Part shown: piece by piece, positions 9,593 through 18,312 of the stretch
Position numbering within the stretch: the first letter of the stretch is position 1
Layout: every line of letters begins with the position of its first letter
Source of the DNA: a virus
Lineage: Duplodnaviria > Caudoviricetes
Length of the DNA: 31,919 nt
Virus record (IMG/VR): IMGVR_UViG_3300033067_000395
Span: 1 to 31,919 of that record
Direction: 5' to 3' (one strand)
Notes under the pieces: generated by a model
What the model saw: the letters and a program-made list of their open reading frames with translations, nothing else
Databases searched by the model: none
What the model was told of the DNA's origin: nothing
Translations under genes and position numbers: made by a program

Positions 9593-10735
9593 TTATGCAG
9601 CAGTAAAATCTCCGTAAATGATTGCAGCTGGTTGCTCAACAGCCAAAGCAGTTTGAGACTCAATACGAGCTGTAATGTTGTTTTTCACGAAGTTAGTACC
9701 TTCTTGCTCAGAGAACTCTAAAGACAAACCTTGAGTGTTTACTTTGTTAACTCTTGACCAGTCTCCAACATAATATTTGTTAGCAGCTAACCAAGTTGCT
9801 TTGTAAACAGCAATTCCGTTGATTCTCAATACTCCATTTTCGTAAACAGCGATTCCTGGCAATCCGTATCCTGAAGATGAAGATTTTGCAGTTTTCATAA
9901 TATCGTAGAAGTCTGAAGGACGAACAACGATTCCGTTTACAGCGTAGTTTGAATTTTCTAATGTTGCAATCTCATTGATCAACATTTCGATTTTGTTCTT
10001 GTCAGTGATAACTTGAGTTGAAGCAGTTGCAGCAGCAGCTAAAACTGTATTGAACGCAGAGTTTTCAGCGAAGAAATAATCTCTTCTCAAAGCTTGAGGA
10101 ATGAATGAAGTCAAGAAAGGCAAGTTGTTAGCCATTTTCTTGCTGTAACGAGTGAAACCAGCAATAAAGTCTGTGTTTACATCTACCATTGTAAAATCGT
10201 AGTCTCTTTGTGCTTTAGAAGAACCTTCTGTTTGAGTAGCGATAGAACCTTCTCCAGCTCCCTCTCTTGGGAATGTATAAGTACCTCCAGAAATGTTAAC
10301 AGAACCAACTAAGTCAGCAACGTTAACCAATTGACCTGGGATCATAACTGTATTGAAGTTATAATCTTTTGGTTGAGCTCCAGTTAAGTTAGCTAAAGTC
10401 ATGTCTCCAACAGCTTTTACTTGTACTGATTTTCCGCTTCTTACTTCTTTGATTTCGTTGAAGTTTTCGTTTAACGCTTTCTCCATTACGTCGAAATATC
10501 CTTCAGACTTAGCCTCAGCTTTTTTCTCTTGTAATTTAACGTCTAACAAGTCAGCGTGATCTTGAATTGATTTCAATTCAGCTTTCAAAGCTTCTACTGA
10601 TTCATTGTTTTTTGATTCCATTTTTGCCTCTAATGCTTCGATTAAAGACTTAACTTCTACTGATTGCTCAGCAGTTTTTGTTTCAACTTGTGCTTTGATT
10701 CCTTCCAAAGCAGCTTTAATTTCTAATGCTTCCAT
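9593..10735 (-). CDS. Major capsid protein, HK97 fold
   Basis: N-terminal coiled-coil (delta/scaffold) region; motifs EG..K, YYVGDWS and F.KN.IT.R.E...A.AV..PAA; follows the prohead protease. Confidence 0.92.
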   Translation of the reverse strand: MEALEIKAALEGIKAQVETKTAEQSVEVKSLIEALEAKMESKNNESVEALKAELKSIQDHADLLDVKLQEKKAEAKSEGYFDVMEKALNENFNEIKEVRSGKSVQVKAVGDMTLANLTGAQPKDYNFNTVMIPGQLVNVADLVGSVNISGGTYTFPREGAGEGSIATQTEGSSKAQRDYDFTMVDVNTDFIAGFTRYSKKMANNLPFLTSFIPQALRRDYFFAENSAFNTVLAAAATASTQVITDKNKIEMLINEIATLENSNYAVNGIVVRPSDFYDIMKTAKSSSSGYGLPGIAVYENGVLRINGIAVYKATWLAANKYYVGDWSRVNKVNTQGLSLEFSEQEGTNFVKNNITARIESQTALAVEQPAAIIYGDFTAA

Positions 10736-10748
10736 TTGTTTTGTTTTT

Positions 10749-11393
10749 TTAAAGTGTAAAGTTTTTAAGTGTATTCAATATAATCGGCTCCTCGTTCAAA
10801 GTGGCAACTTCTGCCGGCTCCTCCGTAAGTGATTTTAATAATTTTTCAATGTTTCTCAATCTCTCATCGCTATAATCTAAATTATATGATTTTTCGATTA
10901 ATTCCATGATTCCGTAATGGCTTTTTATGCTTTTAAGTCCTTGAACGGTACTTAATTCATTTGCTCCCCAACTTGACAAAAAGGAATACTCCATTAATTT
11001 GTACTCGTTGATTATAGCCTTGTTTTTAGCGTCTCTTTGCAAAACTTGGTACCCAATACTCAATTCAGCATTTAAACCGCTCTCATGCATCAATTTTACG
11101 TCTGTAAACATGTCTTTACCTAATGGCTTATTCATATTAAACTGAGACGTTGTTAATAGTCCATAAGGATCGTTTGCATTTATTTCCAAAGGTACTCCGA
11201 TCATCATTGTAGGATTGTGGTCCTTTAAAACTCTAATTCTTTTAAAGTTTTCCGTTACTGTCTTATTAAAAGATCCAGGAGCCGATATGTCTCCGTCTGA
11301 GTCTTTAAAGTTGTAAGCGTTTGCGTAAGCAACTACAATCCCTTTATTTTCGTCTAAGTCTTTTAAGTCGTAAGATAATTGTTTAAAATCCAT
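10749..11393 (-). CDS. Prohead maturation protease (HK97 family)
   Basis: YA..Y..KDSDGD...PGSF, catalytic His in LKDH, LSIGY (Ser), L.EYS and WGAN motifs. Confidence 0.92.
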   Translation of the reverse strand: MDFKQLSYDLKDLDENKGIVVAYANAYNFKDSDGDISAPGSFNKTVTENFKRIRVLKDHNPTMMIGVPLEINANDPYGLLTTSQFNMNKPLGKDMFTDVKLMHESGLNAELSIGYQVLQRDAKNKAIINEYKLMEYSFLSSWGANELSTVQGLKSIKSHYGIMELIEKSYNLDYSDERLRNIEKLLKSLTEEPAEVATLNEEPIILNTLKNFTL

Positions 11394-11398
11394 ATCTT

Positions 11399-12157
11399 TT
11401 ATTTTTTAAATATAATATTCCCGTCTTTGTCTCTCTTTGCTTTAAAACCAATTGTGCATCTGCAATTTATAACTTGCGAGGCTTGTCCTTTTGGATCGCC
11501 TGGATACATCATTTGAGTTCCGTCTGCCATTATAAACGGATCGTTAAAATCAACAATTTGTCCGTTTTCTAATCTGTGGTCCCTTCTTGTTCTGTCGTCT
11601 TTTACACTTATCCACTCTTTTGTTGTTTCAAAGTTTGCTTGAGATGCTGCTCTCATTGCAGCAAATCCAGAAGCAAAAGTCGTTTCTGTTCTCGCTATTC
11701 TTAAAGCTTGCCATTTATAGAACTGCTGAGACCTGTTCACTATTTCAAATATTGCGTCTTGTAATTGAATTAAAGTCGCATTTCCTTCTAATTTTAATTG
11801 GATTGCTTTTATGATATCCTCAATAAGCGTTCCTCTAATACTTACTATTTTACTCCCACCCTCTCCTGATAAAAATAAAAGTATGTCTTGTAAAAAAGAG
11901 TCAGAAAATAAAACGTTCTTTGTTGTCTTTTCGATTTCTTTTTTTATTCTTTTGCTATAATCAAAACCAACCTCTTTGTAAATATCGACTAACATCGCCT
12001 TTATTTTTTCGTCCGTAATGTTTGAATACATCAAAATTTGATAATTAGACAAAGATATATTATTTAAAGGAATTTCCCCTAAAATCTTTTTAATATGCCT
12101 TTGTACTATCCTGTACGATTTTCTCTCGTACATATATTGTAATCGCTCCCAGTTCAT
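11399..12157 (-). CDS. Minor head morphogenesis protein (Mu gpF / SPP1 gp7 family)
   Basis: RIARTET, KEW...D.RTR.DH and YPGDP....INCRC motifs. Confidence 0.9.
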   Translation of the reverse strand: MNWERLQYMYERKSYRIVQRHIKKILGEIPLNNISLSNYQILMYSNITDEKIKAMLVDIYKEVGFDYSKRIKKEIEKTTKNVLFSDSFLQDILLFLSGEGGSKIVSIRGTLIEDIIKAIQLKLEGNATLIQLQDAIFEIVNRSQQFYKWQALRIARTETTFASGFAAMRAASQANFETTKEWISVKDDRTRRDHRLENGQIVDFNDPFIMADGTQMMYPGDPKGQASQVINCRCTIGFKAKRDKDGNIIFKK

Positions 12158-13539
12158 TATGAATTAGCTTGATCAAAAGCTGTCATCGATACATCGGTAA
12201 CTCTTTGCTTATTTGTCTCAATCCAAACCGTATCCATTCCGTCTTCCATTATTGTGTCATATTTCAAAGCCGATCTTATCTCGTTTGGAGTTAATGGAGC
12301 TTTCGCAAGCCAATCCATTTTCTTAGCCATATCTTCCTGCATTTCTGGCAAGTCGTCAATATCCCACTCAATAACTGCGTTTTCGTATCCTTTGAACTTT
12401 TTAATAAAGTTCTTATTTAAAGAGTCTTGTAATAATACAAGGTCCGGTAAAATATTATCTGTAATCGCTTGTTTTCGTGCCTGAGTTGTGTCTGTATTTC
12501 CTAAGCTTGTTTTTCCGTCATTATTCAATAACTCATCCGGCCAGTTTAAAACATTGCAAATTGCTTTTTGATCGTATTTTAAATATTCAAACGGTTTTAA
12601 TTCGTCTGTCGTTAATGATATTCTTGTAAATGCTAATTCCCCACTTGCTCCAGCAATTCGGCTTAATCTCTCTGGACTTGCATCCATTTCAACTAATCGC
12701 TCTTTTAAGCTTGTAGCCTGGTCCTGAGTCAAAGGCGATCCTTTTCCATGAATAAAACCAAAAGCTCCTCCATTTTGCAAAGTTTTAACGTTTAAGTCTA
12801 TTGCACTATTTTGAGAGTTTATGTTTCTTAAAGCTGCTCTTAACGGACTCATTCCGTATAAGTGAGAACCTGATAAATCAAAGTTTGGATTTGAGTATTT
12901 AATATGAATTATATCTTTTGCCTCAAATTTTATCATACTATTTCCCTCAATCAAAACGTAGTGATCAATCGGGTTTTCTGTGCTTAACATGTTTGCTTTT
13001 TGCTTTAATACAATTTGTATCAAATGAGCCGGCAAAACATATAATTGAACTGGCACTCCAGCATTTGCTCCATCTTCCGGACTTAATAAATAAAAATAGC
13101 AGTTTCCTGTTAATTTCATATAAGTTTTGTAAAGTCCCCAAACATCCGACCAAGTTTGAGTCTCGTTTGGTTGCTCCATTGGAAACGGCAAATCAATCTC
13201 ATCGTAAGATTTTAATTCTAAGCTTGCTTTTTTGATTTGCTGTAAAAAGTCAAAATTTCCAGAAGTTGCCTTTTGGAATTTTCTTAGTTTTTCGTGATTA
13301 TTTTTGTCTTTTACAACTTTAACCTCGTAAGGAACAGAAACAGTTTTTGTTGCCATTTGAGAAATACAAGCGTAAACGTCTGGATTTGTATTGTATCCCT
13401 TATTGATATAAGTTTTATTGTCAACGTCATAAGACGTATATCCTGCTCCTAAGTAGCTAAAAAACGCTTCGTTATAAACGTTTTTGCCCATTAACTTTCC
13501 TGTTAAATTTTGGAGTATATTACTGATTGTCTCTTTCAT
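12157..13539 (-). CDS. Portal protein (HK97-like)
   Basis: VYACI, GNCY, IIHIK...YGMSPL and LTPNEIR motifs; follows the terminase. Confidence 0.92.
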   Translation of the reverse strand: MKETISNILQNLTGKLMGKNVYNEAFFSYLGAGYTSYDVDNKTYINKGYNTNPDVYACISQMATKTVSVPYEVKVVKDKNNHEKLRKFQKATSGNFDFLQQIKKASLELKSYDEIDLPFPMEQPNETQTWSDVWGLYKTYMKLTGNCYFYLLSPEDGANAGVPVQLYVLPAHLIQIVLKQKANMLSTENPIDHYVLIEGNSMIKFEAKDIIHIKYSNPNFDLSGSHLYGMSPLRAALRNINSQNSAIDLNVKTLQNGGAFGFIHGKGSPLTQDQATSLKERLVEMDASPERLSRIAGASGELAFTRISLTTDELKPFEYLKYDQKAICNVLNWPDELLNNDGKTSLGNTDTTQARKQAITDNILPDLVLLQDSLNKNFIKKFKGYENAVIEWDIDDLPEMQEDMAKKMDWLAKAPLTPNEIRSALKYDTIMEDGMDTVWIETNKQRVTDVSMTAFDQANS

Positions 13540-13543
13540 ACGT

Positions 13544-13551
13544 CAAAGATA
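13544..13551 (-). promoter_or_regulatory. -7 promoter element (TATCTTTG), 4 nt before portal ATG
   Basis: Minus strand reads TATCTTTG-ACGT-ATG. Confidence 0.55.
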
Positions 13552-13566
13552 TTAAAAAAAAAAATA

Positions 13567-14868
13567 TTAAAAGGTAAAAAATGTTTGTTCAAAACAAAAA
13601 TACATTCTCATCATTAAAGCATCGCTATAATCTGGCGACCTTCCAATTGATGCTTTTACCTTTTCTTTTGATATTATTTGGAGCTTTCCATCGCTGTCAA
13701 TCTTATCTCGCTTGACCATTTCGAGCTCCTTTGTTATTTCGTCAATTATTGTTTGTTCTTTGCAATTTATGAAAATTTTATCGGATTGTATTAATTCGGC
13801 TAATTTAAAATAACATTGCGTTTTTAGATTTTGGTATTGTACAATTTGATTTTCAACTAATAAAGCTTTGCTGTTGTTAATAAATCCTTTGCACCCTTTC
13901 AACATATCAACAACTCCTCCTCCAACTCCATCCTCATCAATTATTACGTTTGACATTGGCACCTGGTATTTAGTTGCCAGCTCTCTAATTAGTTGAGCGA
14001 TTTCTACTATTGAGGATTTGTTTAAACTTATTATATCAATAACTTTAAATCCAGACCAAACGCAAATAACCATTTTATCCGAGCCAAAACGAGCAACGTC
14101 GGCACTAATATACATTTGACCTCCTTCAACAAATTCGTTTGTAAAAACGTTCTGTATTTTATCAAAGTCAATAAGTTTTGACGGATCGTTGTCATACTCC
14201 CAGTTTCCGTAGTATAAACGTTGTTTACTATTCTCATCCAGGCTCAAAAGAGATTCTAAATAAGAAGCTGGTAAATGTGGATTGTCTTGAGGTAAAGCCT
14301 GAATAAACTTTTTATCAGTTTCAATCGTTCCGTTTTTTTGTTTTATATAGAATTGATTATAAACCCAATTTTTTGACGGGTTGCAAGTGCCTAACATTTT
14401 AGGCTCCAAGTTATACTCGTTTAATTTGTATCTAATACGAGATTTTAGGATTTGCCAAGCCTTGTGACTTATTTGGTTACATTCGTCAACAAAGGCTCCG
14501 GTTATCTCCAACGAACCTAAGCTGTCAAAGTTTGGATCGGCCGGATATAAAAATAAATCCTTTAAAAGAATTTCGCTTTTGTTATTCCAAGTTATTACTC
14601 CGGATTGTGAGTTGTAGTGAAATTGATTTGACAACTCAAGCTTTGATGTTAGTTCAAAAAAAGTATTTAAGGTTGTTTCTTTTAATGCTTTTAATTTTGA
14701 CCTACCAATTAACCATCGAGTCTCCGGATATTTTTGGCATTGTTCAATTATCCATAAAACTCCAAGAGCGGATTTTCCTCCTCCAGCAGCTCCTCCGTAA
14801 ACAACCTCTTTTGTTTTATTATCTTTTAAATAATAAACGGCATTTTCTTGTTTACTTATCAGTCTCAT
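13567..14868 (-). CDS. terL: Terminase large subunit
   Basis: Walker A YGGAAGGGKS, Walker B FVDE, motif III TCNP, nuclease motifs ADVARFGSD and SPDYSDAL. Confidence 0.95.
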   Translation of the reverse strand: MRLISKQENAVYYLKDNKTKEVVYGGAAGGGKSALGVLWIIEQCQKYPETRWLIGRSKLKALKETTLNTFFELTSKLELSNQFHYNSQSGVITWNNKSEILLKDLFLYPADPNFDSLGSLEITGAFVDECNQISHKAWQILKSRIRYKLNEYNLEPKMLGTCNPSKNWVYNQFYIKQKNGTIETDKKFIQALPQDNPHLPASYLESLLSLDENSKQRLYYGNWEYDNDPSKLIDFDKIQNVFTNEFVEGGQMYISADVARFGSDKMVICVWSGFKVIDIISLNKSSIVEIAQLIRELATKYQVPMSNVIIDEDGVGGGVVDMLKGCKGFINNSKALLVENQIVQYQNLKTQCYFKLAELIQSDKIFINCKEQTIIDEITKELEMVKRDKIDSDGKLQIISKEKVKASIGRSPDYSDALMMRMYFCFEQTFFTF

Positions 14869-15262
14869 CTGGTTTGATTCCGTTTCCTAAACTTATAATG
14901 TTTGTTGTAACTTCTCCAGAGTGTTCTTGTTGAACTTTGTCTCCATACATCTTTGGATAATACTTAGCAGCTTTCCATTTTAGAGTATCGATTAAAATCC
15001 TTGCTGTTGATGGATCATACTTTCCAAGTCGGCAACCTTCCCAAATCTCATCCAATTGAGCATCAACAGAATCGGCTTTGTCTTGAATACTACGTGTGTA
15101 TAAGTCAAATAATTCGTTGTGCTCTCTTTTCCAATTGCACCAAGTTTGGAATGTTGGATATTCGCTTTTGGAAGCTAAGACAGTTTTAATGTTTGCTCCG
15201 TTTGCTATTTCCTTGCAAATCTCTTTGCACATTTCAAAATTGTATTCGCTTGGTCTTGCCAT
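14852..15262 (-). CDS. terS: Terminase small subunit (Sf6-like)
   Basis: MARPSEY...EIC..IANG HTH region and ID..KW.AAK..PK.YGDK motif; directly upstream of terL. Confidence 0.85.
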   Translation of the reverse strand: MARPSEYNFEMCKEICKEIANGANIKTVLASKSEYPTFQTWCNWKREHNELFDLYTRSIQDKADSVDAQLDEIWEGCRLGKYDPSTARILIDTLKWKAAKYYPKMYGDKVQQEHSGEVTTNIISLGNGIKPDETDK

Positions 15263-15269
15263 AGTTTAA

Positions 15270-15572
15270 TTATCTTTTGTTTATTGTATTGTATTTTTTC
15301 AAACCGTCGTTTTTATCTATTAATTGATAAATTCCAAATTTAACCGGTCTGCCATGTTTGTTTGTTGTTTCTTTGAAGTTGCATTTTATCTCAATTTCGT
15401 GATCCAATCTCAAACGTGAAATAATTGCTGTAACATTTAAGCATCCTGTCGTTTCCATTAGTCCGTTTCTTGAAGCGGTTACGTTGTTTAATAGCTCGAA
15501 AAGTATTTCGGCACTTTGATTTGTTGGTTTGTCTAAATTTAACCTGTTTCTTGTTTTAAAAAAGTACATCAT
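15270..15572 (-). CDS. Winged helix-turn-helix DNA-binding protein
   Basis: Q...IL..L...G..N.TAIISRLR....I and G......Y.L pattern of HTH_39-like phage proteins. Confidence 0.55.
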   Translation of the reverse strand: MMYFFKTRNRLNLDKPTNQSAEILFELLNNVTASRNGLMETTGCLNVTAIISRLRLDHEIEIKCNFKETTNKHGRPVKFGIYQLIDKNDGLKKYNTINKR

Positions 15573-15595
15573 AATTTTTTTGATTTTAAGTTAGT

Positions 15596-15631
15596 AAAAA
15601 TGGAGGCATTTAAAGTAAATAACCTCCATTT
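15596..15631 (-). terminator. Terminator-like hairpin at the early/late boundary
   Basis: AAATGGAGG...CCTCCATTT stem running into a T-tract. Confidence 0.6.
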
Positions 15632-15660
15632 CCCCATTGTTAACCAAATCAAAATCAATA

Positions 15661-15668
15661 CAAATGTA
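15661..15668 (-). promoter_or_regulatory. -7 promoter element (TACATTTG)
   Basis: Consensus match in the intergenic region upstream of the hairpin. Confidence 0.5.
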
Positions 15669-15705
15669 CTATTTTTTTTGACTTGGATTTGATAAATGTT
15701 GATTT

Positions 15706-15840
15706 TTATATTATTTCTTTTAATCCATTAAGTTTAAATACAAATTGACCGCATTTAAATTTTATCAATCCGTATCCGTCTTGAATCTTAATTATCTCTC
15801 CAATGTTTTTATTAACTTTTACTTTGTCTCCGATTTTCAT
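15706..15840 (-). CDS. Small hypothetical protein (44 aa, KOW/SH3-like start)
   Basis: Hand translation MKIGDKVKVNKNIGEIIKIQDGYGLIKFKCGQFVFKLNGLKEII; AAAATCAAC leader. Confidence 0.6.
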   Translation of the reverse strand: MKIGDKVKVNKNIGEIIKIQDGYGLIKFKCGQFVFKLNGLKEII

Positions 15841-15893
15841 AATGTTGATTTTGACAGTTAAAATTGTGCGTTGCAGTCGTACCCATGTTATTT

Positions 15894-16112
15894 TTAGTTA
15901 AATGTTTTTACAATTGCTATTTTTCCAATCACTTCAAAAACTACATATTTAAAAATACTTTCTTGTTCTTTTTGAGTTGCTTTAAAAAACTCAGTTTTAA
16001 ATTCTTGGTTATCATTTAAAAAATTATTAAATGATTTTAATAATACTTTTTGGTTTGAAAATAATTCGTTTTGAGTTAATTCTAAATTTGTTAAAAAAGT
16101 TTGAGTTGACAT
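15894..16112 (-). CDS. Hypothetical early protein
   Basis: First ORF after the strong promoter at 16150-16180. Confidence 0.65.
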   Translation of the reverse strand: MSTQTFLTNLELTQNELFSNQKVLLKSFNNFLNDNQEFKTEFFKATQKEQESIFKYVVFEVIGKIAIVKTFN

Positions 16113-16132
16113 ATTGATTTGATTTTGATTTG

Positions 16133-16182
16133 TTAATTAATTTCTTGTACAAATTTAATTAATATTTTTTAATTACCAAATA
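16133..16182 (-). promoter_or_regulatory. Strong Bacteroidota sigma promoter, repeat copy 1
   Basis: TTTG (16180-16177) - 19 nt - TAAATTTG (16157-16150); 48/50 identical to 17849-17898. Confidence 0.8.
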
Positions 16183-16197
16183 AAAATGATTTTTTTT

Positions 16198-16416
16198 TTA
16201 TTTTTTTTCTAAATCAATTATATCTTTAATGTTTGCAGCTTCTTTTTTTCTGTTAATTAAGTCAACAACTTCTATAACTTTTTTTAAAATATCTGGGTGC
16301 AACTCTATGTTTCGCATACGAAGTCCTACATCAATAGCCATTTGTCTATCTTTTAAAAAATTAAATTTATATTTTGTTTCACATTCAAAACTTGGCATTC
16401 CAGTATTATTTGTCAT
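16198..16416 (-). CDS. Hypothetical protein
   Basis: ATGA-coupled to the upstream ORF. Confidence 0.6.
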   Translation of the reverse strand: MTNNTGMPSFECETKYKFNFLKDRQMAIDVGLRMRNIELHPDILKKVIEVVDLINRKKEAANIKDIIDLEKK

Positions 16417-16577
16417 AACTTTTCTATTTCTTGTTTAACTTCTTGCCAGTAAGCAGAACCAGTTACATTAATTAATTCATTAACCAATATCAAACAACAT
16501 TCTTTACAATTATAGCTTCCAAATGTATAGTCTATATAGGTTATATATAAATCTTTTGCTTTTTCTTTTAGTGTCAT
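16413..16577 (-). CDS. Small hypothetical protein (54 aa), paralog of 18299..18508
   Basis: Hand translation MTLKEKAKDLYITYIDYTFGSYNCKECCLILVNELINVTGSAYWQEVKQEIEKL; ATGA overlaps at both ends. Confidence 0.75.
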   Translation of the reverse strand: MTLKEKAKDLYITYIDYTFGSYNCKECCLILVNELINVTGSAYWQEVKQEIEKL

Positions 16578-16795
16578 AATCCTTTTTCTTTTTTAAATAT
16601 TACTAACTCATCATTATCATTATACTCAAAACAATTGTCACAATAATGCTCATCTCCTACTTTTTTCCAGCCAGCTTCGTCTCTTATTTCCTCAACATAA
16701 CTCTCATCGTTCCAACAGCCATAATCTGTATTTTCGTTTACATCACAACCGCAGCCATCACATACAATTGTGAACATTTTTACTTCTTTTACCAT
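16574..16795 (-). CDS. Small zinc-finger-like protein
   Basis: CDGC...GW....HYCDNC; ends in the shared IFKKEKGL module. Confidence 0.65.
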   Translation of the reverse strand: MVKEVKMFTIVCDGCGCDVNENTDYGCWNDESYVEEIRDEAGWKKVGDEHYCDNCFEYNDNDELVIFKKEKGL

Positions 16796-17058
16796 CCTTT
16801 TTCTTTTTTAAATATTTCTAATAATTCTAAATTTGTGTAAAGTTCGTTTCCATGTAAATAATTATAGTATCTTATTAAATTAGCCGTTTCACAATATGTA
16901 ACAAATTTTAAACACCAATCTCCAAACTCAATAATCTGTTGCTTTTCCATTTCTTTGGCTTCTTTAATAGAAGTATCAATAAATTTTAAAACATTTTTAT
17001 CAACGTGAAGACGTATTTGCACTAATTTTTTTTCTAATAATTCTACTGCTGTTTTCAT
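16789..17058 (-). CDS. Hypothetical modular protein
   Basis: Carries the KTAVE, AKEMEKQQII and ELLEIFKKEKG modules. Confidence 0.7.
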   Translation of the reverse strand: MKTAVELLEKKLVQIRLHVDKNVLKFIDTSIKEAKEMEKQQIIEFGDWCLKFVTYCETANLIRYYNYLHGNELYTNLELLEIFKKEKGW

Positions 17059-17061
17059 AAC

Positions 17062-17823
17062 TTATTTGTTTTTAAATTGTTCAAACCATTCCGTTATATC
17101 ATTTGGATTATCAACTGACATACTAAACAATATATCTAATACTTCTTCCTCACTATACATTCTTTCTTGTTGCCATCTAGCACCAGCGATAAAAGCTGGT
17201 CTTAAACGATTAATGTACTTTGAATAATATTTTTCAGCAGCTTCTTCAAGTGTTTCTTGTTTAGGTTTCCCACCAAAATAAGCAGAAGCTAAATCATTAA
17301 ATTCTTTTGTTCCTAATTGTGGTATTTCTTGTTTAGGTTTTTCACTTGGAATGATTATTTTGTAATTTAATCTTTCATTGTCGTAGCAAGTTTCTACAAT
17401 ATCTCCTAAAGGTGTTATGTATTCTTTCTTAACCTCAACCTCCTCACAACTTGGATTCTTCACGAACCATTCAAGGAACTCATCATCAATAGCTTGTACA
17501 CCATCTTTGATTAAGTCTTGGTCTGTTGTTAGGATGATTTCAGAATATTCGCTTTTACAAATATCCATAGTTGAACCACCACTCAATTGTCTTGAAACAA
17601 TTACATTACCCAATAATTCAGTTTTACACAAAACTCCATTGATTAAAGCGTATTCATTAGGTTTAATTTCTTCATCAGAAGTGATATGGATGTTTTGGGG
17701 TTTATAACCAGCTGACGATATAAACCAATCCATAGCCATAGTACTATTACGATCTTTATACGATGTACCATTATAATATAACCTACTCGATTTGTCTGTT
17801 GGTAATACGTGTATGTTTTTCAT
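17062..17823 (-). CDS. Hypothetical modular early protein (probable start MKNIHVLPT)
   Basis: The track's TTG start at 17868 lies inside the promoter; ATG 17823 follows an (AAAATC)n leader. Contains KPKQE twice, KQETLEEAAE, MYSEEEV and EQFKNK. Confidence 0.7.
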   Translation of the reverse strand: MKNIHVLPTDKSSRLYYNGTSYKDRNSTMAMDWFISSAGYKPQNIHITSDEEIKPNEYALINGVLCKTELLGNVIVSRQLSGGSTMDICKSEYSEIILTTDQDLIKDGVQAIDDEFLEWFVKNPSCEEVEVKKEYITPLGDIVETCYDNERLNYKIIIPSEKPKQEIPQLGTKEFNDLASAYFGGKPKQETLEEAAEKYYSKYINRLRPAFIAGARWQQERMYSEEEVLDILFSMSVDNPNDITEWFEQFKNK

Positions 17824-17848
17824 GATTTTGATTTTTGATTTTGATTGA

Positions 17849-17898
17849 TTAATTAATTTCTTTGACAAATTTAATTAATATTTTTTAATTACCAAATA
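17849..17898 (-). promoter_or_regulatory. Strong Bacteroidota sigma promoter, repeat copy 2
   Basis: TTTG (17896-17893) - 19 nt - TAAATTTG (17873-17866). Confidence 0.8.
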
Positions 17899-17922
17899 TA
17901 AATTAACTTTTTTTTATTTTTT

Positions 17923-18312
17923 TTATTCATCCTTGTAAAATTGTCCGTCAATCATTACTCCGGTACGCTTTGAAATTACATTGTATGCACTTTGCAAACA
18001 ATCCTCAAGCTTCAATCCTTGCATTTCTGCCTGGATAATAATAGTCACTAATATATCGCCCAAAGCGTCAATAATCTCCTCTTTGTTGTTTTCATAAATT
18101 GCTGCTGACAATTCGGTAACCTCTTCAAATGTTTTTTCACATTGTGCGTCTGGAGTTCCGTTTTTTAATATTCCTTTTTGTTCTGCCCAGCTTATTACTA
18201 AGGCTTCGAGTTCATTGTATTTCATTTTTCTTTGTGTTATTTCTAATTTAAATCTTGGATCGTAATCATAAGGTACAGTTCCGACTATCATTGTATTTTT
18301 ATCTAATTTCAT
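17923..18312 (-). CDS. MazG-like nucleotide pyrophosphohydrolase
   Basis: K..EE..EL and I.DALGD.LV motifs, AYN.I..R.G....G.F.K tail; true start may be the internal MKYNELE. Confidence 0.85.
   Translation of the reverse strand: MKLDKNTMIVGTVPYDYDPRFKLEITQRKMKYNELEALVISWAEQKGILKNGTPDAQCEKTFEEVTELSAAIYENNKEEIIDALGDILVTIIIQAEMQGLKLEDCLQSAYNVISKRTGVMIDGQFYKDE

Noticed and set aside
12965-14237. Nested minus-strand ORFs 12965..13153 and 14031..14237
   Set aside because: Alternate frames within portal and terminase; no supporting motifs.
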